DNA of 64,000 nt from an uncultured virus (IMG/VR IMGVR_UViG_3300034110_001129) (IMGVR_UViG_3300034110_001129), one strand, 5' to 3'; positions 9,289 through 19,760 are shown, counted from the first letter of the stretch. The notes: generated by a model not told the origin, from the sequence alone. Numbers and translations are program-made.

Positions 9289-9894
9289 TTAGCCAGCTTT
9301 GCGAAAGGTTAAGTTGATACGAAGATCCCCCAATACTGCATGGTGGTAAGGCTTGATAGGTGAAATACCATGAAACCTTAGTCTATCTTCGCCACCAAAA
9401 ACAACGACATCACCATGTTCCAAGGTAAACTTCTGAACCGCATCATCACGCTTCAAACCACCCCAAAGAAATTCGGCTGGAATACCCAGTGAGAATGAAA
9501 CAATGGGCTGAGTGGTGTCTTTCTCATCCACATCACGATGTAACGACAATTTTGTCCCTACTGCGTAACGGTTAAACAAGCAACAATCTGGAATAAAGTC
9601 CTTATACCCAGCTAGCTCTGCTGATTGTATGGCTAAGTCTCGCAAGATATCAGGCATTGGAGGCCAAATTTTATTCGTAACAGGGTTCACTTCTGAATAA
9701 TAGTAGCCATTGTGATCAGAAAACCAACCTAAATCACCACAATTAGTAATCTGAATGGACATCTTATGACCACTCTTGGTATGAATATCATTCCAATAAG
9801 CCGCTCTCAGTACATTTTTAACGGCTATAAATATTTCTCTGTCATGGGGCAACAAGAACCCTTTCTCTAATATACTATCATTACCTATCTTCAT
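9289..9894 (-). CDS. alkB: AlkB-family Fe(II)/2-oxoglutarate dioxygenase (alkylation repair)
   Basis: TNCGDLGWFSD, NRY, HRD iron ligands, VSFSLG, RFHGI, RINLTFRKA. Confidence 0.92.
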   Translation of the reverse strand: MKIGNDSILEKGFLLPHDREIFIAVKNVLRAAYWNDIHTKSGHKMSIQITNCGDLGWFSDHNGYYYSEVNPVTNKIWPPMPDILRDLAIQSAELAGYKDFIPDCCLFNRYAVGTKLSLHRDVDEKDTTQPIVSFSLGIPAEFLWGGLKRDDAVQKFTLEHGDVVVFGGEDRLRFHGISPIKPYHHAVLGDLRINLTFRKAG

Positions 9895-9940
9895 AATCTC
9901 TCCAAATATTTAATAATTATTACCATATAGCATGAGATTT

Positions 9941-10597
9941 TCAAATTTTAACCATATCCATTAAAAAGAAATCATCATCGCTCAATGCAGAAAAGGCAAT
10001 GTTTTGATCTTTCATATAATTGTACAATACATGATAGCCAACTACTGAATTGTCACGAATAAGGCCAGCCCCATTAAAAACAAAGCTATTCAATGTCAAA
10101 AATGTTTTATTATATCGGGTAATACCATAATGAACAAAATCAGGCTTATGTCCAGTCAGTGTTTGAATATTGCTGGTAGACACTTTGAAGTGTTCCTTTG
10201 CTGAATAAGAACAACTGAAACCCATAATACCAAGGAAACTCCCATAAAAAAGACCTGCACCAACAGCAAAATCAATCAGACGAGAAAGCGAAGAATAGGT
10301 CATTAATTGACTAAAAGATCCAACTTCGTTGTATTTATGAATAAGGCCAAACGTCAAACAGGTAGCAAAAATAAACAATGGCAGGAGCAACATCAGTTCA
10401 TAACGAACAGTCACTCGTGATTTGAAGAGTTTATAGACCGATGACCCAGCAACAATAAAAGCCAGAAAAATAAAAGCTTGAGTGAGTGCAGAAATCTCAT
10501 TGAATAAAAAGGAGACATAAAAGACAGCAATGAGAACATTAAGCGAAAAGACTTGTGTTACAAAGTCATTTTTGAGAAAGTTGATTAGATTTTTCAA
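9941..10597 (-). CDS. Multi-TM membrane protein carrying the C-terminal MxxI tag
   Basis: About 4 hydrophobic segments; ends LSDDDFFLMDMVKI. Confidence 0.75.
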   Translation of the reverse strand: MKNLINFLKNDFVTQVFSLNVLIAVFYVSFLFNEISALTQAFIFLAFIVAGSSVYKLFKSRVTVRYELMLLLPLFIFATCLTFGLIHKYNEVGSFSQLMTYSSLSRLIDFAVGAGLFYGSFLGIMGFSCSYSAKEHFKVSTSNIQTLTGHKPDFVHYGITRYNKTFLTLNSFVFNGAGLIRDNSVVGYHVLYNYMKDQNIAFSALSDDDFFLMDMVKI

Positions 10598-10660
10598 AAG
10601 GTAATCCTCTTTTAAAGTGTTCGCTATTATACCACGAACACCAAGAGTTTGATAGCCATA

Positions 10661-11395
10661 TTAGTCTTCAAAACGTTTTTTTCTGTTTTCTTCTACACTG
10701 CGGCTTAACATTTCACGATCTAATTTAGCTAAATCATCAAATTTGTCTCGTGCAGTGACCAAATCTTTACGTTTGATATCTATTTCTAAAGGATAGAAAG
10801 TTCCATTTCTTGCAACCAATTCAATATCGCCTTTTGTAAATACATACTTACTGGTAAAGAAGGAGCCAACAGAATTTTCTAGAACCCAGCCAGAATCATT
10901 CATTTTTTTCTTAAAATAGTTCATATTATCATCAGCTTCTGATGGTTCTGATGATAAACATAATAAACAAGAACCACGGCCCACTGTAAGATAATACTTA
11001 TCTTCGTAACGTGATTGAACATTCAAAACAATTTTTTCAACTGTATGATTGACCACAAAGAAGGAGACTACAAAATTTTCAGAAGCTTTACTACTATAAC
11101 CATCTGTTTTAAAATCATATTGACGGATTTTTCCTTCTTTTTCAATGATAGGTGTTTCATAATATTTGATTAATTTCAATCCTGTTACCTTTTCAATATA
11201 ATCAAGAGAATCAAGACTGTCAGGAAGTGGCTCAGCAGTTCTAACGATTTTGGCAAGCGGTTCAATAAACTGGGGATAAGGTTTGTCTCCGTTTTTATTT
11301 TCTAAACTCGCATACAAAGGATTAACAACAGTGTCTGCCATTACAGAAAAAGATAAACAAAAAAAACATAAAACTGACATCATAATTTTAAACAT
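10661..11395 (-). CDS. Secreted/periplasmic hypothetical protein
   Basis: Signal peptide MFKIMMSVLCFFCLSFSVMA. Confidence 0.75.
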   Translation of the reverse strand: MFKIMMSVLCFFCLSFSVMADTVVNPLYASLENKNGDKPYPQFIEPLAKIVRTAEPLPDSLDSLDYIEKVTGLKLIKYYETPIIEKEGKIRQYDFKTDGYSSKASENFVVSFFVVNHTVEKIVLNVQSRYEDKYYLTVGRGSCLLCLSSEPSEADDNMNYFKKKMNDSGWVLENSVGSFFTSKYVFTKGDIELVARNGTFYPLEIDIKRKDLVTARDKFDDLAKLDREMLSRSVEENRKKRFED

Positions 11396-11573
11396 AAGAG
11401 AACTCCTAAATGGAAAGATACTATAACATATGTCAGATAAAATTAAAAGTATTAAAAAAAATAAAATGTGTTATTCAAGATTAAATAGACTATAAAGATG
11501 GCATAAGAATAACATTATTTTTAATTTTGACACCTTTGTAAAAAAAGTTAAACTGTAATCAGGAGATTATATT

Positions 11574-12197
11574 ATGACTGAACCTTTTAAATACATGAGA
11601 TTATTAAGATTCGCTGAATTGAGTTATCATTTGAATGAAACAGGATTATTTTTAACATATTATAATGGTTTTCTAAATCAATATACTTTATCAATGCCAA
11701 AAAATATGTCAACAAGTTTTGAAAATTGTATGTCGTATCTAGATTCAACATCTATGGTAGAAAAGTTTTTGTGTGCTTACTTTTATTACTTAGAAAATAA
11801 TGATTTCAGAAAAAATCCTGTGAGTGGATTTTCTTTTTATGATCAATCTGAATTAGAAAGATTAGATAATCGTTCAATAACAATGAGATTTAAATTAAAG
11901 ACGCATAATGATATATCATTTAGAAGAAGGATGTCTATTAAAATAAACAAAGATGGAATTTGTTATTGGAGTAATCCAGATGATGTAGGTATATTTAGAA
12001 TATTTAAGAAACCTGAACACAACAAACGCTATTTCATCAATGTTAAAGATGTTATATATATTCATCAACAAATTTATAGCCAGCAAAAAATTGAAAAAGT
12101 TATCAATGAAAAAGAGATTAAAAAAATCCATTCATTGATAGGTAAAAAAATAGAATACTCATATGAATTGCCTAGCTGTCTTTCAAGTGGACAATAA
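11574..12197 (+). CDS. Hypothetical protein
   Basis: 207 aa, AGGAG RBS, TTGACA-type promoter upstream. Confidence 0.75.
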   Translation: MTEPFKYMRLLRFAELSYHLNETGLFLTYYNGFLNQYTLSMPKNMSTSFENCMSYLDSTSMVEKFLCAYFYYLENNDFRKNPVSGFSFYDQSELERLDNRSITMRFKLKTHNDISFRRRMSIKINKDGICYWSNPDDVGIFRIFKKPEHNKRYFINVKDVIYIHQQIYSQQKIEKVINEKEIKKIHSLIGKKIEYSYELPSCLSSGQ

Positions 12198-12246
12198 GTT
12201 AAGCATATGTTATAATCCGCCAGCAATTATATAGGAGATTTTCATA

Positions 12247-12750
12247 ATGTATACTTATTTACAACCATTTATTGGTATCCCATTGAACCAATATGCATAC
12301 AATGCCAGATTGTCATCAAAACAATTTATGAAAGAGTTGGAAGAATTATCGAGCGAAGATTTAACCATTCAGCGATATTTAGAAGAAAAATCACTTTTTA
12401 AAAATCAACTATCACCATCTGCCTTAACGCTCATGGAAAATCTTGAAAAACTATTTAATAACGAGCCGGGATATGAAAAGTTTCAAACGTTTGTAACAGA
12501 CTATCCTATTGACTTTGAAGTTAGATATAATGGTGGAAATGAATGTCCTGCTATTTTGGGATGCTATGTTGAAAAACTTTGTCCATTACCAGATACTGAA
12601 GTCGGCAAGATTAATGTTAACATGACAGAGATAACCAGACTGTCTAATTTGTTTGAAGAGTTGGCAGAGAAATTATTTGCACCACATGATTACCAGAAAC
12701 TTAAAATGGACAATTTAATCGGTGCGTTCTATAACATTCATTCCAGTTAA
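12247..12750 (+). CDS. Hypothetical protein
   Basis: 167 aa, AGGAG RBS, TGTTATAAT upstream. Confidence 0.75.
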   Translation: MYTYLQPFIGIPLNQYAYNARLSSKQFMKELEELSSEDLTIQRYLEEKSLFKNQLSPSALTLMENLEKLFNNEPGYEKFQTFVTDYPIDFEVRYNGGNECPAILGCYVEKLCPLPDTEVGKINVNMTEITRLSNLFEELAEKLFAPHDYQKLKMDNLIGAFYNIHSS

Positions 12751-12815
12751 AAAGAAAGAATAAAAAAACACACTGCGAGGTGTGTTTTTTATTTTCTTAC
12801 TTATTGAATATTAAA

Positions 12816-13265
12816 CTACCACGAGACATCATGTCGTTCCTTTTTCTCTTCGGTCAATGTTTCCATCAAAGATTGAAACGATACATTGTTGGTAGCAAAA
12901 GCTTTCGGACGAAGCGGACACAAGAAAGATTCTGGAACATTTTCATAGACCGTTCCATCTTTTTTATCCTTTAAATTATAAACATACATTTCTGCAACGT
13001 TATCAAGATAGATGTTTTCAATCACAAAGGTTTCATCAACCATACTTTTAGTTAGCACATTGACATCCATGTTAACTCGATATTTAGGTTGTCCAATTAA
13101 AGCTTGAATTCTATCACTTTTATCTTTGAAATATTTTGCAGACCGTTTGGGCATGAAATATTGCATTGGCATAACAATGAATATCGCCAAAAGAATAAGG
13201 CCAAAATTAGATTTGTCAGTGACTTTATCGTGCAAATTTCGCATCAGAAAATTGAAAATATTCAT
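12816..13265 (-). CDS. Hypothetical protein with one TM segment
   Basis: 149 aa, GGAG RBS. Confidence 0.7.
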   Translation of the reverse strand: MNIFNFLMRNLHDKVTDKSNFGLILLAIFIVMPMQYFMPKRSAKYFKDKSDRIQALIGQPKYRVNMDVNVLTKSMVDETFVIENIYLDNVAEMYVYNLKDKKDGTVYENVPESFLCPLRPKAFATNNVSFQSLMETLTEEKKERHDVSW

Positions 13266-13411
13266 ACTTGCTCTCCGAATTTATTTGATGATGAAGTATA
13301 GCACAAAAATAACAAACATTAAAGTCATCTTAAAAAATAATGTTGTTGCATCCAGTCTTGATTTCTTATGGTATACTGTTTCTATACCAATTATGATTAT
13401 AAAGGTTTCAA

Positions 13412-14518
13412 ATGACATACGACTACAAAAAGCAAGTCAGTGTAGACAGTTTATTAGGCGTTCATGAAAAACATGAAATTACCTGTCCACGAATCAATCC
13501 ACTGCAGTTTGATGCAGACTGTGCTAGCAAAGCCTACAAAGTAGAGCTTGATTTCGATCCTCAACATTTGAAACTTGATTTAAAAGAGTTATTTACGGCC
13601 ATGAATGATTTGGATCAATGGTCTAAAGATATCCTGAATGTACTTAACCAATTACCAGAAATTAAACAATACATCATTTTAAGTGAAGCCTTTTTAACCG
13701 ATCATCAATATAAACAAAGACTGGAAGATCTTGAAACAGATCATAAACCAGAAATAACTGAATACGCTGAGATAATTAATGGATTGATAGAAGAATGGCA
13801 AGAGTATAGAAATGAATTCGCAGAAGCTCATACAGAAGAATTAAAACAACAAGCCTTGCTGGAAAATCAAGAAAAAGAATTATTGTTGCTGACCGTCAAT
13901 GGTGAAGATACTGATGACTGCTTAGGTTTGATTGAATTTTACAAAGATGAAGTCTATGAGCAAACAGATAAAAAACAAGATGCCCATAAAAAATTTGAAC
14001 GCTACGTTAAAGATGACTTTGAGAAAAAAGTAAAACAGTTTTCGCATTTTTTAGAAGATGTAAGAGACAGAAATGATGACTTGAGATGCGGTATTGGAGA
14101 AATCAAAACACAAATTGAAAAACATGCAAAAGAACTATTAAACATTTATCAACCTGATGAATATTTAGACATTAAATACGGAATCCAACCATCAGTTGCC
14201 AATATAGGTGTAATCTTTAATGACATCGAGACAGATGCTAGAAATGTAAACGTCAATTTTAAGAGCTTTGTTGTTGGATTGAGAGGTAAACGTTTTATTA
14301 CATCTGAGCAAGCTAAAACACTTGAAGATATGGCTATCGTCGTTGGTCCAAATTACAAAGAAGATAGAAAATCAGCCATTATGGACATGTTGAAAACAAA
14401 TGGTGTCATTACTGTAAGATATTATAATGATCAAAAAGAATACATAAACAACAAAGATAGCTATACTCAGGAACAATTAAATAAACCACTCTACAAACAA
14501 AAATTTAAACAGAGTTGA
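13412..14518 (+). CDS. Coiled-coil-rich hypothetical protein, tandem paralog 1
   Basis: Colinear with 14604-15713 (KKQVS.D.LLGVH..H.ITCPRIN; YQPDEYLD; TVRYYND). Confidence 0.85.
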   Translation: MTYDYKKQVSVDSLLGVHEKHEITCPRINPLQFDADCASKAYKVELDFDPQHLKLDLKELFTAMNDLDQWSKDILNVLNQLPEIKQYIILSEAFLTDHQYKQRLEDLETDHKPEITEYAEIINGLIEEWQEYRNEFAEAHTEELKQQALLENQEKELLLLTVNGEDTDDCLGLIEFYKDEVYEQTDKKQDAHKKFERYVKDDFEKKVKQFSHFLEDVRDRNDDLRCGIGEIKTQIEKHAKELLNIYQPDEYLDIKYGIQPSVANIGVIFNDIETDARNVNVNFKSFVVGLRGKRFITSEQAKTLEDMAIVVGPNYKEDRKSAIMDMLKTNGVITVRYYNDQKEYINNKDSYTQEQLNKPLYKQKFKQS

Positions 14519-14603
14519 GATTCAAAAAATAATAACATATCTTAAAAAATAATATTTCTTATGGTATACTGTAATTATATCAATTAGTCATATAAGGTTA
14601 GAC

Positions 14604-15713
14604 ATGAGTCACGATCATAAAAAGCAAGTCAGCATAGATAGATTATTAGGTGTCCATGATGTACATGATATCACCTGCCCTAGAATAAATGTATTACAAT
14701 TTAGCAGTAGGAATGCCACAAGAATTTTTGAAGATGACTTAGAGCAAGATCCAGAAGCATTGAAGGTCAATCTTACTGAATTGTTTAAAGCCATGTATGA
14801 CCTTGATCAATGGGCAAATGATATTGTAAAACTAGTTAATACATTGCCAGAACATGTGTACAATGGTGTATTAGGTGAAGTGTTCAACTATGAAGAAGAC
14901 TACGATAAATTAATAGATACCATCAACACTGACTACAAATCTGAATTAAGAGAATATGCCACTGAAATTAATGGTCTTATTGAACAATGGCAAGAATACA
15001 GAAATGATTTGTCAGAAGCCAAAGAAGAAGAACGCAAACAACAAAAATTATTAACTGCTCAGGAAAAAGAATTATTGTTTTTGACCATAAAAGGACAAAA
15101 CACTGATGAATGCGTAGGATTAATTGAATTCTACAAAGGTGAAATACAAGAACAACAAGAGAAAAAAGTGGATGCTTTACATAATTTTGATAGATACATT
15201 AAAGATGACTTCCAAAAAATAACAAGAGAGTTTTCAAGCTTCCTAGAAACCGTTAGAGAAAGAAATGATGATGTTAGAGGCAGAATTGGTGACATAAAGT
15301 ATGAAATATACAAACAAGCAAAATCGTTATTAAATCTTTACCAACCTGATGAGTATTTAGATCGTACAGTTGGCATAAAAGACAATGAAGCTAACTTAGG
15401 TGTATTATTCAATGATACAGTAGTTGAAGACAGAAATATATTTGTCAATTTCAATGCGTTTGTGATTGCGGCTCGTTCTAAACAATTTATAACATTTGAT
15501 CAAATGAATGCTATCTTAGATTTAAAAGATAGTTTCAAAGTTTCATTTGAAGACGAACGAAAAGAATTATTATTAGGGATGCTGAAAGATAATGGATTTA
15601 CAACTGTCAGGTATTATAATGATCATTTAGAATACTCCAAGAATAAAGATGGGTATACCACACAAGAACTTAACAAACCAGTGAATAAACAAAAAATAAA
15701 GATAGGTAACTAA
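14604..15713 (+). CDS. Coiled-coil-rich hypothetical protein, tandem paralog 2
   Basis: 369 aa, full-length similarity to 13412-14518. Confidence 0.85.
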   Translation: MSHDHKKQVSIDRLLGVHDVHDITCPRINVLQFSSRNATRIFEDDLEQDPEALKVNLTELFKAMYDLDQWANDIVKLVNTLPEHVYNGVLGEVFNYEEDYDKLIDTINTDYKSELREYATEINGLIEQWQEYRNDLSEAKEEERKQQKLLTAQEKELLFLTIKGQNTDECVGLIEFYKGEIQEQQEKKVDALHNFDRYIKDDFQKITREFSSFLETVRERNDDVRGRIGDIKYEIYKQAKSLLNLYQPDEYLDRTVGIKDNEANLGVLFNDTVVEDRNIFVNFNAFVIAARSKQFITFDQMNAILDLKDSFKVSFEDERKELLLGMLKDNGFTTVRYYNDHLEYSKNKDGYTTQELNKPVNKQKIKIGN

Positions 15714-15714
15714 G

Positions 15715-16323
15715 ATGTATTTAAACTGGTCAATGCCTATCTATTATTCATCAAAGTTAATCGGTTCTTATGGTGAAAAAGATGGTGACTATTCATCTAT
15801 TTATAATAACTTCGATTATCTAAGCTTGTATGAGTCGCAGTTGTTTCCAAGCTACATGGACAAACCAGCCGTTTATTTTCAGGAAAAGTATGAACAATTA
15901 ATCAAGTTTGACTGTTTATGGTTGCTAGGCGAACAAGTGTTAGTCAGCAAGCGATTAAAAACATTACTGGAAAGTTTAACATTAAGTACCTTGGAGTTTA
16001 TTGAACCTTCGATCATACAAACAAAAGATCAGCAGATACTTAAAGACTATTATATCATTAACCTATTAGACAAAGTATTCGCCATCGACAGCAATAACTC
16101 GATTCCAGTCTACAGCGAGGATAATCATTTTTTGTATTATAGTAAGAGACAATTTAAACAGTCTACTGAAAAAGGGTTGTTAGCCAGAGAAGTAATGTCT
16201 AACGAAATTATTATTACACATGATCTGGCAGATGACTTATTAAAAGCCAATATGAATGTATGTAAATGTTTTGGATTCTATTCTGTCAATCCATTAACTG
16301 AGTATAAAACAAAAAGAAAATAA
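15715..16323 (+). CDS. Possible Imm11/DUF1629-like immunity protein
   Basis: LVSKRLK..LE and YYIINLLDKVFAID pattern resembles Imm11-type proteins; starts 1 nt after the paralog-2 stop. Confidence 0.45.
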   Translation: MYLNWSMPIYYSSKLIGSYGEKDGDYSSIYNNFDYLSLYESQLFPSYMDKPAVYFQEKYEQLIKFDCLWLLGEQVLVSKRLKTLLESLTLSTLEFIEPSIIQTKDQQILKDYYIINLLDKVFAIDSNNSIPVYSEDNHFLYYSKRQFKQSTEKGLLAREVMSNEIIITHDLADDLLKANMNVCKCFGFYSVNPLTEYKTKRK

Positions 16324-16394
16324 ATCAGCGTTTATTTTCAATTCGTTTTAAGATTTCTTGAGATTGATTAACCGCATCAACGATCTTTTGGCTT

Positions 16395-16838
16395 TCAGAC
16401 TTGCTGTTCATTGGGTTCTCCAAAAATCTTCTCTTCAATGTAATCATTTACATGTTTAACTACTTTTTTATTGAGATAAATAGCGAACATTGTTTTTTTA
16501 TACTGGTTAATGAAAAGATGTTTGAAATCTCTTTTATGTAGATAAGTCATTTTATTCAAGTCTTTGACAAGACGTGCTTCAATATCCGATTGACGTTGTT
16601 TCAAATTCGTTGAAATTTCGGCTGTCAGTTCATCAATAAATTCACTTACTTGTTCTTCATTGTCAAAAATGGCAACAACAGTGTCTTCTTCAAAAATATC
16701 GTTGACATAAATCATGTATTTTCCATTATCCATATGCATAGCAATATGAACACCAAATTTACGATGATTACTTTTTTCATTGAAAGCTTCAATTTTATCG
16801 TTATTTTTAGTAAACATTTTTTTTAATTTAGACAACAT
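16395..16838 (-). CDS. Hypothetical protein
   Basis: 147 aa, GGAG RBS, TGATATAAT upstream. Confidence 0.7.
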   Translation of the reverse strand: MLSKLKKMFTKNNDKIEAFNEKSNHRKFGVHIAMHMDNGKYMIYVNDIFEEDTVVAIFDNEEQVSEFIDELTAEISTNLKQRQSDIEARLVKDLNKMTYLHKRDFKHLFINQYKKTMFAIYLNKKVVKHVNDYIEEKIFGEPNEQQV

Positions 16839-16923
16839 ATTTACATCTCCGAAGAATTTCGTTAATTATATCATAGTATCAAAAAGCAATCAACAAAAAA
16901 CCAACACTAGGTTGGCTTATCGA

Positions 16924-17376
16924 TTAACACGCTTCTCGAAGCTCACGAATTTTTTGTTTGTTTTTATGTTTACGACTTTTCAAGTTCTCGTGATACAATG
17001 CCGCCAGTTCTTCGTTCGTGATCAATCGGTCACCTTTCAAACAATTACAATTCAAGCAAAGCGGTTGAAGGTTTTTGATGTAATTATTACCACCATGATT
17101 TTTAGGAATAATATGGTCAACGTTCATCAAAATCATGCTATCTGTGTAGACATCCCAGTGAATACCACCAGCCTTATCAATACCTTGAATCAAGCGTGTG
17201 CCTACGTTACGACACGCTGGGTTGGAACACTTAAGACCATTCAAATGGAATACACGAAGGCGACGGTGTTCAGCACCAAATGGGCCAGAAATAAGTTCAA
17301 TGGACGCTTCTGCATTAAAAGTAAAACCAGTGGCCTTAATTAAGTCACCCACCTGCAGCATCTTTTTCTCGCTCAT
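16924..17376 (-). CDS. HNH endonuclease
   Basis: CSNPAC ... VDHIIPKNHGGNNYIKNLQPLCLNCNCLKG. Confidence 0.9.
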   Translation of the reverse strand: MSEKKMLQVGDLIKATGFTFNAEASIELISGPFGAEHRRLRVFHLNGLKCSNPACRNVGTRLIQGIDKAGGIHWDVYTDSMILMNVDHIIPKNHGGNNYIKNLQPLCLNCNCLKGDRLITNEELAALYHENLKSRKHKNKQKIRELREAC

Positions 17377-17410
17377 ACAAAATCATCCTTATGTTTAATT
17401 ATTATGAATG

Positions 17411-17439
17411 ATTATAGCAAAGAATGAAATATAGAGCAA
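17411..17439 (-). promoter_or_regulatory. Sigma70 extended -10 promoter (HNH gene)
   Basis: TTGCTC-N17-TATAAT with TGC preceding the -10. Confidence 0.7.
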
Positions 17440-17533
17440 CAGCGTTTTACTAAAATACTAGTGTTTTTTAATAAAAATATAGCTTTAAAATTAAGTCGCA
17501 CTATGATAGAATATCGACACTAGGAGAACTATT

Positions 17534-18142
17534 ATGTCCAATGATAAATTAATAGAGTGGAAGAGAAAAGGTGAACATTTACCTAAATTTCTACGCAGTT
17601 CAGAAAGCCAAACACAACTGATGCAGTTGATGTCATGTTATTATGCAGGTACGGATGACACTAATCCGTTAAACACTCACTCACCTGCCATTCTAAAAAA
17701 CTACTTATTCAACGTCTTTCTTGATTACTTTGCAGACAATGGAATTACGCTACAACCCATTAGAAGTAACACTGTTGAATTTTTGGATTTTGAACAAGAA
17801 TTGAAAAATTATCAAGATTATGAATCAGGGGTCATTGAGAAATTTGAACTTCAACCCATCACAAACAATAAATATGCCGCCATTGAAAAATACCGTCAAG
17901 ATCTACTGTTTTTACCAGAATTTATGAATACGTTTGATAAATTTAAATATGTATTCCGAGGCTTACATCGTAATTATGGTAATGTTAAAGAATACGCTAA
18001 CTCATTGTCTGATATCGACTCTCACATAGGTACTATTTTTATCATTGATTTCTTTCTTTGGTTCTGTGCTGAATATGGATATAAATTACAAAATTCAAAA
18101 AAGAAAATCAAATTTAAATCAACAATTGACGAAACACTTTAA
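17534..18142 (+). CDS. Hypothetical protein built of two copies of one domain
   Basis: HLPKFLRS/FLPEFMNT and FLDYFADNGITLQ/FLWFCAEYGYKLQ repeated. Confidence 0.75.
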   Translation: MSNDKLIEWKRKGEHLPKFLRSSESQTQLMQLMSCYYAGTDDTNPLNTHSPAILKNYLFNVFLDYFADNGITLQPIRSNTVEFLDFEQELKNYQDYESGVIEKFELQPITNNKYAAIEKYRQDLLFLPEFMNTFDKFKYVFRGLHRNYGNVKEYANSLSDIDSHIGTIFIIDFFLWFCAEYGYKLQNSKKKIKFKSTIDETL

Positions 18143-18150
18143 TCAAGTAA

Positions 18151-18179
18151 AAAAAAGAAGCCATCAAGGCTTCTTTTTT
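18151..18179. terminator. Bidirectional terminator between convergent genes
   Basis: AAAAAAGAAGCC-ATCAA-GGCTTCTTTTT. Confidence 0.75.
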
Positions 18180-18190
18180 CATTGAGTTCG

Positions 18191-18499
18191 TTATTGCTTT
18201 TTAACAATCATTTCAAGTTCACACTCGGAACCATTCATCTTTGCTAAGGCGTCAAGTTGATCATAGACATCAGCCGTTGTAGTTTCTTTTAAAAAATACA
18301 AGGGCATAACAGCAGACACATAGCTGTAAGGATGAACATGACCATAAGGGTTTTTCAAGATGTAATAATAGTCATCTTCACCATCCATATAGCCAACCAA
18401 TCGCTTAATTGACAAATCATGAGCAATCACCAACTGATTGAAGCCTTTGCTAACCAGTGCATGAAGAAAAACATCAGTTAATACTGCCAAAATAAACAC
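18191..18499 (-). CDS. Hypothetical protein
   Basis: 102 aa; exact start uncertain. Confidence 0.6.
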   Translation of the reverse strand: MFILAVLTDVFLHALVSKGFNQLVIAHDLSIKRLVGYMDGEDDYYYILKNPYGHVHPYSYVSAVMPLYFLKETTTADVYDQLDALAKMNGSECELEMIVKKQ

Positions 18500-18623
18500 T
18501 CCTAATCATAAAGTTGTCTGATTATATCATATAGACACAATTAATTCAATCAAATCACAGTATAAACATCATTGACCCCGATATCTATTTATGCTAAAAT
18601 AAGGCGATAATAGGAGAACCAAC

Positions 18624-19034
18624 ATGGGAAATTTTAATACATTGAGTGATTTAAAGACCTTTATTGAACATATTGAAAAAACAAGACCAAGAGAACTGGA
18701 TAAGTCACTCGAAATTGCTGTTGTATCACAAGGTTCTATGGGTGGATCACCCACTGTTAAAATCAAAAACATGGTGTGTGGTATTGATTGGGATGCAGGA
18801 AAACTCATTATCTATCCAGAAGATCCACTTATCAAGTTAACACCAGAAGATTTGGAAGTGGTTCGTAAAAGTGTTTCTCAGGCTCATTCTTATCACACTG
18901 GACTGATCGTTATGCCACTGATGAAAGAGAATAAAGAATTGAAATCATTCATTGAATCACTTGATCCTAATCTCTTAACCGATGAACAAAAAGTTCAACT
19001 TGAAAATTTTAAAAATAGAAAACATAAAAAATAA
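18624..19034 (+). CDS. Hypothetical protein
   Basis: 136 aa, AGGAG RBS, TGCTAAAAT upstream. Confidence 0.75.
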   Translation: MGNFNTLSDLKTFIEHIEKTRPRELDKSLEIAVVSQGSMGGSPTVKIKNMVCGIDWDAGKLIIYPEDPLIKLTPEDLEVVRKSVSQAHSYHTGLIVMPLMKENKELKSFIESLDPNLLTDEQKVQLENFKNRKHKK

Positions 19035-19119
19035 GCTTACTCCGGTAAGCTTTTCTTTTTTCAGTCTTTAAAATTTTAAATAAAATGCTATACTGTAATA
19101 AACAAACAGAGATTTATTT

Positions 19120-19725
19120 ATGGAAGAAGTAAAAAAAGATTATTCATCTTATACGGATGATGATTTGAATAAGTTAGAACATCATGTGCTTGATTTATCC
19201 AAGGTGATGGAATTCGCTAACCCTTTCAATGGTTGCTGGATGGAACTTGAAAAGCCAATCACAATTGAAGAAGTAAAACAATGTATTGCAGATGGAAAAG
19301 CTGAATTAGCAGTCACACCCGGTTGGTATGATATCGCTTTCAAGAAAAACACACTAACAACAGAAGAAATAAGAGAAAATCATGTAAAGAAAATAGCATT
19401 TTTCGCTATTAATGAACCTGAGAAACCTATTTCAATAGATGTCGGTATTCCAAGCATGGGTTGCTATGTTGATTATATCATTGATGATGGCAATCACCGT
19501 TTAGCTGGTGCTATTGCATCAGGGGCAAAGACAATCAAGGCTTCCGTTTCTGGCTCAATGGAATATGCTCAGGAATTGGGATTATGGAATCCAAATGAAT
19601 ACCACATTGAATCTACCAGAAGATTTTTTGCAAGGCAAGAAGCCCCAAGAGAAGAGGTGGCTATTCAGTTCATGAAAGCACCAGAACCTGTAAAAACTAC
19701 AAAAATACCTAAAAATAAGCTATAA
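19120..19725 (+). CDS. ParB/Srx-like N-terminal-fold protein
   Basis: PISID ... YIIDDGNHRLAGA motif. Confidence 0.6.
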   Translation: MEEVKKDYSSYTDDDLNKLEHHVLDLSKVMEFANPFNGCWMELEKPITIEEVKQCIADGKAELAVTPGWYDIAFKKNTLTTEEIRENHVKKIAFFAINEPEKPISIDVGIPSMGCYVDYIIDDGNHRLAGAIASGAKTIKASVSGSMEYAQELGLWNPNEYHIESTRRFFARQEAPREEVAIQFMKAPEPVKTTKIPKNKL

Positions 19726-19760
19726 AAAAGACCCTTCAGGGTCTTCTTTCTTTCAACACA

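Noticed and set aside
16924..17376. HNH gene as an intron-encoded or mobile homing element
   Set aside because: Free-standing with its own promoter; no interrupted host gene or intron structure around it.
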